Shown here: in pieces, positions 41,774 through 49,879 of the stretch
How positions within the stretch are numbered: the first letter of the stretch is position 1
How the letters are laid out: each line of letters begins with the position of its first letter
Source of the DNA: a virus
Virus record (IMG/VR): IMGVR_UViG_3300037475_000032
Location: 32,001-96,000 of that record
Strand: one strand, 5' to 3'
DNA length: 64,000 bases
Notes under the pieces: model-generated
Seen by the model: only the letters and a program-made list of their open reading frames with translations
What the model was told of the DNA's origin: nothing
The model's database searches: none
Translations under genes and position numbers: made by a program

Positions 41774-42445
41774 CTAGCTGTCATCCTCAAGCTCCTCGGG
41801 CTTGGCGTCACGAGGGGCCTCCAGGCGTAGTGTCACGGGTGCCGGGACGAGGTAAGGCTGCATCTTTGCCATATCGGCATCAGACATTTCCTCAGGATCG
41901 ATGAGTACCCTCGGCCAGTCAGTACCCGACTGCTTGACCTCAACCCATCCCATCATCGTGGGGTAGTCGATGTCCGCAAACTCACAGAACTCTTGCAGTA
42001 GCTCCAAGTCCTTGTACGGGACTGGACGTGAAATCCTCTCCCATAGCTCAGGATCGTCGGCCTTCAACGCATCGTCGTCCAAGGATGGATTGCCCTGGAT
42101 GGCATTGCGTTGGTACACCCTGCCGTCTTCCTTGTTGACGTAGACGAACTTCTTGAGAGACGGGTCCTCTTCAAGCTGAACCTTCTCGTCATCATCGACG
42201 GAGACTACGCGCCAGCCGGGATACCACTTGGCAGCCCAGGTTTCAACGAGATCCCTTTGTCCGCCAAGGGTCCTCGGTATCCCCACACTTCTCTGCGCCA
42301 GAATTCCCTCCTCCAACGCCTTAGTCGCTGCCTCAAAGAACTCACCTCTCGATGTGTCTAGGTCTTTCTTGGCTGTCTTGTTGACCTCATGGTTGATACC
42401 CAGGTCAAGGGTAATCTCAATCAGGCTTCTGTCTTGGTCGCTCAT
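41774..42445 (-). CDS. Hypothetical protein
   Basis: Operon packing. Confidence 0.6.
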   Translation of the reverse strand: MSDQDRSLIEITLDLGINHEVNKTAKKDLDTSRGEFFEAATKALEEGILAQRSVGIPRTLGGQRDLVETWAAKWYPGWRVVSVDDDEKVQLEEDPSLKKFVYVNKEDGRVYQRNAIQGNPSLDDDALKADDPELWERISRPVPYKDLELLQEFCEFADIDYPTMMGWVEVKQSGTDWPRVLIDPEEMSDADMAKMQPYLVPAPVTLRLEAPRDAKPEELEDDS

Positions 42446-42753
42446 GCGTATTCAGTCGTTCTAGTAGTTGTGGAGCCGCATCGAGGGCATATCATGTCCC
42501 TCTCTTGCTCAGGGGTCTGTTGCTCAGGGCCACCTTTTGAGTCCCATCGACAGAGATTGTCGAACGCTTCTTGGATGTGTCGGCAGTGTCCTCGATATTC
42601 GTAGCCCTTGCAGTCGCATATGAAGTCATCGATCCCGTCCGTGGGGAGAGGAACCATGACCTGATGAATCACACCAGGTTCAGACTCCGACTCCAAATCG
42701 ACAGTCCACCAGGGTAGCGCAGATTCGCACTTCTGAACATGAACGAGATCCAT
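42442..42753 (-). CDS. SWIM zinc-finger protein (leaderless)
   Basis: CDCKGYEYRGHCRH plus CPRCG; TGcTATGAT 7 nt before ATG. Confidence 0.7.
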   Translation of the reverse strand: MDLVHVQKCESALPWWTVDLESESEPGVIHQVMVPLPTDGIDDFICDCKGYEYRGHCRHIQEAFDNLCRWDSKGGPEQQTPEQERDMICPRCGSTTTRTTEYA

Positions 42754-43091
42754 CCAGGCGATCATAGCACACCTCGTCAGCCTACCCGTGCGTGCGCCAT
42801 TTTCCCTTCCGAGTCTTCCTGACCGAGTATTCGATCCGAATACTTTCAGTGTGAGTGTGTGGTCGAGTCTTCCTACCACTCCTGCCTGATACTCCTTTCC
42901 CTTCTCTATCAATAATCAGCCGACACGCGCGCAGGCGCGTATAGCATAACCACACGGATTCTTCAAGTCCCCAGTATTCACCGATTCACTGTTATACTTG
43001 CGGCAAGCGAGCAACCCAGCTTCGCACTTAGCGGTCGTGGTGGGCGACCTATAACTCCTACTGAGCAAACTACGTCAATGAAGGATGGTCC

Positions 43092-44804
43092 ATGGAGGCA
43101 GCGTCACTACCCGTCGAATCGGGTCCCGAGCAGTACGAGTTGAGCCCGATAATCGCCGATGGAGACGCAATGAGCCAATGGGCGTTCAAGCAGTACACGG
43201 ACAAGTACTCTTGGAAGGACGAGGCTGGAGAACCTACTGAGATCTGGCCCGACACCGCTTATCGAGTCGTCAGAAACGTCCTTGGAGCGCTTGGATACAC
43301 GGATTCTCACCCTGACTTCCAAGCCTTGCTCCGTCTTATCACGCAACGCAAGTTTATCCCCGGTGGGCGCTACTTGGCCTCTGCCGGGCGTCAGATTCAC
43401 CAGACCAACAACTGCTTCCTCTACCGCTGTGAGGACTCAAGGGAGGGTTGGGCGGACCTAGTTCGCAAGTCCATTATGGGACTCTCATCCGGTGGTGGCA
43501 TCGGAGTCGTGTACAGCGATGTTCGTGAGAACGGATCGCTCATCAAGAAGACCGGAGGTGTAGCCACTGGCCCACTCTCCCCGGCGAACATGGTTAACGA
43601 GGTTGCACGCCACGTCATGCAGGGCGGTCATCGTCGTTCGGCCATCTGGGGTGGCCTTCATTGGGATCACCCAGATGTCTTCGACTGGATCAAGGCCAAG
43701 GACTGGAGCGAGGAGATTAAGGCAGCCAAGGCCAAGGACTTCAATGCACCGGCTCCCATGGACATGACCAACATCTCGGTCATTCTCGACTCGGAGTTTT
43801 TCTTCGCGTACCAGGAGAGGGCACACCCGAAGCACGATTGGGCCATGAGGGTCTATTGGGCCACGGTCAGGAGCATGATCTCCAACGGAGAGCCCGGATT
43901 CAGCGTGGATATCGGTCAGAACGCCCGTGAGAACTTGCGAAACGCCTGCACAGAGATCACCAGTGAGGATGATTCGGATGTCTGCAACTTGGGCTCCATC
44001 AACATGGCCCGTATCGAGAACAAGGACGAGTTTAAACAGGCTGTGAGGCTAGGGATGCTGTTCCTTATCGCCGGAACCGTCTACTCGGACGTGCCGCACG
44101 ACGAGGTACGCTTGACAAGAGAGAAGAATCGTCGTACAGGACTCGGCCTGATGGGCGTACATGAGTGGCTTCTAACCCGTGGATACCGCTACGAGATGAG
44201 CGACGAGCTAGCCGACTGGCTTGACATCTACAAGAACGATAGCGACCATCATGCCGAGCAGATCGCCAAGCAACACAACCTCTCCGTGCCGGTCAAGAAG
44301 CGAGCCATCGCCCCCAATGGCACTATTGGGATCATCGGCGAAACGACGACATCGGCAGAGCCGATCTTCTGTGTTGCCTACAAGCGTCGCTTCATCGACA
44401 ACGACCGCAAGTGGCGCTACCAGTACGTCATCGACCCCACCGCCCATCGCCTCATCACGGAGAAGGGCGTGCATCCTGACGACATCGAGGACGCCTACTC
44501 GCTCAGCTACAACGTCGAGCGACGCATCAGCTTCCAGGCCGACTTGCAGGACTACATCGATCACGGCATCTCGTCTACAATCAACCTTCCCTACCCAATC
44601 GTGGATGAGCAAGAGGTCAAGGACTTCGGGCTCACGCTCATGAAGTACCTGCCCCGCTTGCGTGGGATCACCTGCTACCCCGATGGAGCCCGTTCAGGAC
44701 AGCCACTAGAAGCGGTCCCGTACGACATCGCCAAGGACCACACGGGGGTCACGCTAGACGAGGATCGAGACCAGGCTTGTGCTTCCGGCGCTTGTGGTGT
44801 ATAG
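43092..44804 (+). CDS. nrdJ: Class II (B12-dependent) ribonucleotide reductase
   Basis: FIPGGRYL; NNCF; RNACTEI; IAPNGT; ISSTINLP; C-terminal CASGAC. Confidence 0.9.
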   Translation: MEAASLPVESGPEQYELSPIIADGDAMSQWAFKQYTDKYSWKDEAGEPTEIWPDTAYRVVRNVLGALGYTDSHPDFQALLRLITQRKFIPGGRYLASAGRQIHQTNNCFLYRCEDSREGWADLVRKSIMGLSSGGGIGVVYSDVRENGSLIKKTGGVATGPLSPANMVNEVARHVMQGGHRRSAIWGGLHWDHPDVFDWIKAKDWSEEIKAAKAKDFNAPAPMDMTNISVILDSEFFFAYQERAHPKHDWAMRVYWATVRSMISNGEPGFSVDIGQNARENLRNACTEITSEDDSDVCNLGSINMARIENKDEFKQAVRLGMLFLIAGTVYSDVPHDEVRLTREKNRRTGLGLMGVHEWLLTRGYRYEMSDELADWLDIYKNDSDHHAEQIAKQHNLSVPVKKRAIAPNGTIGIIGETTTSAEPIFCVAYKRRFIDNDRKWRYQYVIDPTAHRLITEKGVHPDDIEDAYSLSYNVERRISFQADLQDYIDHGISSTINLPYPIVDEQEVKDFGLTLMKYLPRLRGITCYPDGARSGQPLEAVPYDIAKDHTGVTLDEDRDQACASGACGV

Positions 44805-44812
44805 TACCGGGA

Positions 44813-45199
44813 ATGATCCAGAACTTCGTTGACTGCTTCATCAAGGAGCAGAAGAAACTATTCGTAGACTACCATCCGGGCTCCTACGAGGCAATCGTAG
44901 AAGAGGTCATCAAGGCCATTAACCCGGACAGCGACTACGATCTGCCCGACCCTTCCCGCATCCACACGATTGATGACGGGGACTACCAGGGCACGCTTGT
45001 CTTCGTCATCGGGGCAGGTGGCTACCAGCCGCACCGCTACTGGGCTACGTCGGTTAGCTATGGCTCGTGCGGAGGCTGCGATACCCTCCAGGGCATCAGG
45101 GACGAGGGGCACACGGAAGATGGAGCGCCGACTGAGAGTCAGACGGCTGATTACCAGACCTTGGCCCTCCATCTCGTTCAGAGCTTGACGGAGATCTGA
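44813..45199 (+). CDS. Hypothetical protein
   Basis: DDGDYQG..YGSCGGCD conserved-looking motif. Confidence 0.6.
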   Translation: MIQNFVDCFIKEQKKLFVDYHPGSYEAIVEEVIKAINPDSDYDLPDPSRIHTIDDGDYQGTLVFVIGAGGYQPHRYWATSVSYGSCGGCDTLQGIRDEGHTEDGAPTESQTADYQTLALHLVQSLTEI

Positions 45200-45200
45200 A

Positions 45201-45569
45201 ATGCCCCCCCGCGAGGCAACTAAGCTCTGGCACGATGACGTGCGCCCTGCACCGGAGGGTTGGCGCTGGGCTCAGACCAACCAAGAGGCGCAGCACATAC
45301 TCGAATCCTTCGATGTCGTGGAGTGCTCCCTTGACCACGATCTAGGGGCACCTCTCGGCAACATCTTCGTGGCCGGACACTCCCCGGAGGGCACCGGCTA
45401 CGATCTTGTGCGCTGGATGATCGAGAACAATCAGGTCCCGGCCAAGGTCACGATCCATTCGTGGAGCTACGATGGCGCACGCCGCATGGCGAGGGCCTTG
45501 GAGGACGCCGGACACGCTCCTGTGGTCGCCCCGTACGAGGTTCCCCGAGAGATGAACTGGATCAGATAG
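45201..45569 (+). CDS. Cyclic-phosphate processing receiver-like domain protein
   Basis: LWHDDVRPAP; SLDHDLG; GTGYD; IHS. Confidence 0.7.
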   Translation: MPPREATKLWHDDVRPAPEGWRWAQTNQEAQHILESFDVVECSLDHDLGAPLGNIFVAGHSPEGTGYDLVRWMIENNQVPAKVTIHSWSYDGARRMARALEDAGHAPVVAPYEVPREMNWIR

Positions 45570-45580
45570 AATGGCCTTGT

Positions 45581-46399
45581 ATGGATCGGCCTTCCCAATA
45601 CCAGCGCTACCTCCAGTCTGAGCACTGGAGGGGCACGAAGGAAGCCTTCTGGAGCCAAGTTGAGAGGGCTTGTGAGGTATGTGGGAGCGAACATCAGCTA
45701 GAGGTGCATCACTGCTCCTACGCAAGGATCGGACGCGAGGAGTGGGGAGATCTAGTCGCTCTCTGTCGCCGCTGCCACGAGGCCGTCCATAGGCTCATTG
45801 AGAATGGTCAGGCCGAGCTTGAGAACGCTCATCTAGTACTCGATGGAGAAACGCCTGCATCGCCCCTGAGGATGCGTGGGAGGGTTAGGAGGGGCGATGT
45901 CTTGCAGGCCGACTCGGCAAAGCGACCCTTCGCGGCCAGTAGCGTCCCGCTCTTTGTCGAAGATGGCAAGACCTACACAGTCTCGGACCTAGACCACATC
46001 GCCACGCACATGCTCTGGATGCAGGGTGTTGGGGAGCACCGAATCCTCTTTACTCGTGCGCAGTGGAGGAACCGACTGACACCTGAGCTATTCGCCTCCG
46101 GGGACGTGATGGCCCCAGATCCCTCCTACACCTACGACCGCCATCACAACAGCATCGCGGGCATGTACAACCGCACCCATCCCGAAGGCCGTCAGTGGAA
46201 TAGTGAGGAGGAACGCAAAGAGTCGGGGCGCTCCTTCTACCGCAACACCAAAGTCACGGAGCATCGCGCTGTCGGCAAGTTCGTTTCGTCCTCGGCCCCA
46301 ACAATCACGAGGAACCTCACTAAACCGCTCTCCAAGCTAGAGATTGCCCTGATGGAGGCTGAGGAGAGGCGCGCAAAGAAAATCTTGAAGGCGGGGTAG
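45581..46399 (+). CDS. HNH endonuclease fused to a domain paralogous to 25466-26017
   Basis: CEVCG..LEVHH..DLVALCRRCH. Confidence 0.75.
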   Translation: MDRPSQYQRYLQSEHWRGTKEAFWSQVERACEVCGSEHQLEVHHCSYARIGREEWGDLVALCRRCHEAVHRLIENGQAELENAHLVLDGETPASPLRMRGRVRRGDVLQADSAKRPFAASSVPLFVEDGKTYTVSDLDHIATHMLWMQGVGEHRILFTRAQWRNRLTPELFASGDVMAPDPSYTYDRHHNSIAGMYNRTHPEGRQWNSEEERKESGRSFYRNTKVTEHRAVGKFVSSSAPTITRNLTKPLSKLEIALMEAEERRAKKILKAG

Positions 46400-46413
46400 T
46401 ATTTTGCTATCCT
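46385..46413 (+). promoter_or_regulatory. SigA-type promoter
   Basis: TTGAAG-17-TATCCT with TG extension. Confidence 0.6.
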
Positions 46414-46563
46414 TCCGTGGCGTAGGATATGAAGCACTTATGCAGAGCTATTTTGGACACCTGAATATCGAAGCAAAGGCTGGTTCGCCAGTCTCATAGC
46501 TCCTGGTCCCATATCACCACGATAGGTCCCAGGAGCCCTCCGAGAAAGATTTCTCAGGAGGGC

Positions 46564-46592
46564 TTCAACTTTTCAGGAGAGTGTGGTAGAGT
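46564..46592 (+). promoter_or_regulatory. Probable promoter of the tRNA array
   Basis: TTCAAC-17-TAGAGT with TG extension, about 50 nt before first tRNA. Confidence 0.5.
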
Positions 46593-46645
46593 CTCGAACG
46601 AAGCGGTCAGGCAGAGCCGCTAACATAGAAATCGCCAGCCAAGAT

Positions 46646-46718
46646 GCCCTTGTAGCCCAACGGACAAGGCACTCGCCTTCTAAGCGAGCGATTGGGGGTT
46701 CGATTCCCTCCAAGGGCG
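46646..46718 (+). tRNA. tRNA-Arg(TCT)
   Basis: Cloverleaf; TTCGA T-loop. Confidence 0.9.
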
Positions 46719-46899
46719 CTACCGGCTTTACTCCCACCGGACATACTCAACGGGAGTGCGCAGGGTAAAAACCTACGTTGGCAGCGGTAACCATACCGCA
46801 ATGCGGGGATGTGCTCCCGTGGCCCCTAAGCCTAACAGCCGGGGTCTAGTTGCCACAGTCGAGGTCGCGCCCGGAAAAGTAGTGTCCTGCGTTCAACAT

Positions 46900-46983
46900 G
46901 CGTGTCAGGTGACTATCGGTTTGTCTCAGCGGGCTGTAACCCCGTGGCCTCTGGCTTGGAAGGTTCGACTCCTTCGGCACGCA
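46900..46983 (+). tRNA. tRNA-Tyr(GTA)
   Basis: Cloverleaf with variable arm. Confidence 0.85.
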
Positions 46984-46987
46984 CTCT

Positions 46988-47070
46988 GCGCAAATGATGG
47001 AATGGTAGACATGCTGTCTTGAGGAGGCAGTGCCCTAACGGGCGTGAGGGTTCGACTCCCTCTTTGCGCA
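46988..47070 (+). tRNA. tRNA-Leu(GAG)
   Basis: Cloverleaf. Confidence 0.9.
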
Positions 47071-47074
47071 TCAT

Positions 47075-47156
47075 GCCGAAGTGATGGAATGGTAGACGTG
47101 CCACGCTTAGAACGTGGTGCCCTTGTGGCGTGCGGGTTCGACTCCCGCCTTCGGCA
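47075..47156 (+). tRNA. tRNA-Leu(TAG)
   Basis: Cloverleaf. Confidence 0.9.
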
Positions 47157-47158
47157 CT

Positions 47159-47231
47159 TGCAGTAAGGTGGTCTGGATGACCATTTGTGGCTCATATCCA
47201 CAAGAGGAGAGTTCGATTCTCTCTGCTGCTA
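47159..47231 (+). tRNA. tRNA-Met(CAT), 1:72 mismatch
   Basis: Cloverleaf. Confidence 0.75.
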
Positions 47232-47234
47232 TAC

Positions 47235-47316
47235 GTCTCTGTGGTGGAACTGGCAGACACGCACGGTTCAAACCCGTGTGCCATTTGGCGTGAGGGTTCG
47301 ACTCCCTCCAGGGACA
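47235..47316 (+). tRNA. tRNA-Leu(CAA)
   Basis: Cloverleaf. Confidence 0.9.
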
Positions 47317-47326
47317 TGTAGTACGA

Positions 47327-47399
47327 GGGGCTATAGCTCAGTTGGGAGAGCATCGCGCTGGCAGTGCGAGGGTCAGGGGTTCGAGTCCCCTTAGCTCCA
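47327..47399 (+). tRNA. tRNA-Ala(GGC)
   Basis: Cloverleaf; G3:U70. Confidence 0.92.
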
Positions 47400-47499
47400 T
47401 CGTCGCTTCCGGGTTGCCCGTGCCAGCGGGGACCGGACAAACACACTCCCTGGCAGGAGTGGAACAATACGGCCACAAGTGCCGGGCGGATGAAGTTTA

Positions 47500-47573
47500 C
47501 AGAACGTGGCGCAGCTTGGTAGCGTGCTCCCTTGGGGTGGGAGAGGTCGCGGGTTCAAATCCCGCCGTTCTGA
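47500..47573 (+). tRNA. tRNA-Pro(GGG)
   Basis: Cloverleaf. Confidence 0.9.
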
Positions 47574-47577
47574 CTGA

Positions 47578-47648
47578 CGGGGACAAGTGTTATGGCCGCA
47601 CGGGGCGTTTGGGGCGCTCTAGTCAGAGTTCGATTCTCTGGTCCCCGA
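47578..47648 (+). tRNA. tRNA-Pro(TGG)
   Basis: Cloverleaf. Confidence 0.85.
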
Positions 47649-47746
47649 TAGCGTTGATGGTAAGTCGTGTCTAGGTGACAGGTGCCGGATCACCACTCAT
47701 TGAGTGCCGGAACAACATCGAGTCAACCGTCGCGGTCAACGCATAG

Positions 47747-47820
47747 CAGGATATGGCGCAGTCTGGTAGCGCGCTCCCCTCGGACGGGAGAGGTCGGAGG
47801 TTCGAATCCTCTTATCCTGA
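47747..47820 (+). tRNA. tRNA-Pro(CGG)
   Basis: Cloverleaf. Confidence 0.9.
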
Positions 47821-47921
47821 TAGTCGGAAACCCTCGCGCAAGGGCGTATTGGAAGGGAGTCATGACCCCGAAGACATCGGAAGTAGCGGACAAAGGTACG
47901 CCTACCCGGTGCGGCTAACAT

Positions 47922-47993
47922 GCCTACATGGTGTAAGTGGTATCATCCTGACCTGGTACGTCAGTGTCCCGAGTTCGATTCTCGGTGTAGGCT
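47922..47993 (+). tRNA. tRNA-Thr(GGT)
   Basis: Cloverleaf. Confidence 0.88.
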
Positions 47994-47994
47994 T

Positions 47995-48186
47995 ATGGTA
48001 TGCAAGAGTGGAAAGAGAACATATCCCTCGAAGCGGCAAGCTGCTAAGCGAGCCGTGAATCTCAGCATCCAGGAAGGGAAGGGTCTTTGGCCGTACAAGT
48101 GCCCGGAATGTCCCGATTGGCACTTGACATCGAAACGGCCGTCGAAGCGCTCTTACAAGTGCCGCGATGGGACCCGCAACCGATAG
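47995..48186 (+). CDS. Small basic Zn-finger-like protein
   Basis: CKSGKRTY..YKCPECPDWHLTS. Confidence 0.6.
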   Translation: MVCKSGKRTYPSKRQAAKRAVNLSIQEGKGLWPYKCPECPDWHLTSKRPSKRSYKCRDGTRNR

Positions 48187-48189
48187 CTT

Positions 48190-48261
48190 GCCTGCTAGGT
48201 GTTTACGGTGGCACACTTCACTCGTAATGAAGAGGACGGGGCTCGAATCCCCGAGTGGGCT
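48190..48261 (+). tRNA. tRNA-Thr(CGT)
   Basis: Cloverleaf; T-loop CTCGAAT. Confidence 0.8.
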
Positions 48262-48266
48262 TAGAT

Positions 48267-48335
48267 GGGGTGTAGGTCATGGTGACCAATCGGATTCCAA
48301 ACCCGAAGGCGAGCGTTCGATTCGTTCACGCCCCG
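48267..48335 (+). tRNA. tRNA-Trp(CCA)
   Basis: Compact cloverleaf. Confidence 0.75.
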
Positions 48336-48445
48336 CTCGACGTGCTGCAAGCGACGGCTTGTAGAGTTGTGGTGCTGTAGTCGAAGGCACGCGCCAGCAA
48401 CAATGCTGCCCGTGGACAGGCTTAAAACCTCTCTCGCGGGCTTTT

Positions 48446-48519
48446 GGTTCCTTAGCTCAGTTGGTTAGAGCGCCGCCCTGTCAAGGCGGAGGTCACGGGT
48501 TCGAGTCCCGCAGGGACCG
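48446..48519 (+). tRNA. tRNA-Asp(GTC)
   Basis: Cloverleaf. Confidence 0.92.
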
Positions 48520-48525
48520 CTTCAT

Positions 48526-48597
48526 GCGTTCGTATGGTTAGTGGTAGACCCTCCGACTTTTAATCGGAAAGCTGGGGTTCGATTCCCCACGAACGCA
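48526..48597 (+). tRNA. tRNA-Lys(TTT)
   Basis: Cloverleaf. Confidence 0.85.
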
Positions 48598-48767
48598 CTA
48601 GACGTGGTGACCGTCTAAGAAGGTGTAGGCCCTTGTTAGGGTTGAACCTCGTAAACTCACCACCGCCCGGTTCCCTACACCGGCAAAGGCACGGTAGGGC
48701 GTGTCATGACAATAGAGGGGTTCACGTTCCCGTCAGGGAGTCGTGCTTCGTCTCGGCGGTTCTACTT

Positions 48768-48842
48768 AGACCCTTAGCTTAGATGGCCTAAAGCGTCGGT
48801 TTTACACACCGAAGATCCTGGGTTCGAAACCCAGAGGGTCTA
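48768..48842 (+). tRNA. tRNA-Val(TAC)
   Basis: Cloverleaf. Confidence 0.88.
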
Positions 48843-48883
48843 CTTGCGTCAGGTTCTTTTCCTCCTTTCTTCCTGACGCTTTT

Positions 48884-48955
48884 GGGCGACTAGCTCATTG
48901 GGAGAGCGCCTGCGTGACATGCAGGAGGTACGGGGTTCGATCCCCCGGCCGCCCA
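48884..48955 (+). tRNA. tRNA-Val(GAC)
   Basis: Cloverleaf. Confidence 0.88.
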
Positions 48956-48966
48956 CTGTAGTACAT

Positions 48967-49389
48967 GGGCCTGACAGGCTTCGACTTCATGAGAGGCTGT
49001 TGGCGTCATGCAGCGGTATGGACACACCTTAAGGTCCAACGTCATAATCGGCAACGATACAGACACGCTAGCAATCCCGGCATCGTTCCTTGCAGGTGAG
49101 CAGATGGCTCCTGCGGAGGTTCACGTCGGAGGCGCAGCACTCGCACTGGTTTAGACCCCAGTGCCGGGTTTCTCACACTCCCTGTGAACAGAAAGTGTGA
49201 GTGGTGCATCAGTGCAAGCTCGTACCGTAGTAATGCAGGATGGTAGCCCCGCGCGTTTTCCTAGTTTCCCGATATGAACTAGGTGGTGGAAAAGATGGCG
49301 GCAAGCCCGTCGTCCCCGGTAGTGAAAGCTGCTAGACAATGACCCAAAGAAGCGCATGGAACACGAGGGTTCGATTCCCTCCAGGTCCA
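48967..49389 (+). ncRNA. ssrA: tmRNA
   Basis: GGGCCTG/CAGGTCC-A acceptor with G3:U70; GG.TTCGAC 5' motif; T-arm; tag ORF 49050-49154 ending AALALV. Confidence 0.92.
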
Positions 49390-49393
49390 CTAT

Positions 49394-49465
49394 CTCCTTA
49401 TAGTCCAATGGATAAGACGACCGCCTCCTAAGCGGTAGATTCAGGTTCGACTCCTGATGGGGAGA
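49394..49465 (+). tRNA. tRNA-Arg(CCT)
   Basis: Cloverleaf. Confidence 0.88.
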
Positions 49466-49565
49466 CTCTTGTAGCGCCCTAGCCATTGCGAAGGGCTCGG
49501 TTGCGGGGAACGGACAGATAATCTCGCTTCCAAGTGGTCTGTCACTTGTGGTGTCTATGAGAAAT

Positions 49566-49653
49566 GGAAAGACGGCAACGGCTGGCGACGCAGCTTCCCT
49601 GCTAAGGAAGTGGTCCTTCATTGGGCCTATGGGTTCGATCCCCATTCTTTCCG
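49566..49653 (+). tRNA. tRNA-Ser(GCT)
   Basis: Cloverleaf; long variable arm; G73. Confidence 0.85.
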
Positions 49654-49805
49654 CTCAATCTTGGTCGTAGGCTATTCCCTACCACAGCTAGAGTTCGAAC
49701 TGGCAAGGGGAGTAAGACGATAGCCCCGCTGCGGAGCGGATCAGCCCGGATCTCGTGCCTACACAAAACGGACAGTAAGTAGCCGGGGCCTACCAAGATG
49801 TTCAT

Positions 49806-49877
49806 TCTCCTGTGGCGCAATGGCAGCGCGGCAGCCTGTTAAGCTGACGGTTGAAGGTTCGAGTCCTTCCGGGAGAG
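49806..49877 (+). tRNA. tRNA-Asn(GTT)
   Basis: Cloverleaf. Confidence 0.9.
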
Positions 49878-49879
49878 CT

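Noticed and set aside
42754-42912. Extended N terminus of the SWIM ORF
   Set aside because: An extended -10 sits 7 nt before the ATG at 42753; the upstream DNA looks regulatory.
29687-44804. Inteins or introns in DnaE, DnaB or RNR
   Set aside because: Protein lengths are normal, with no intein motifs or frame breaks.
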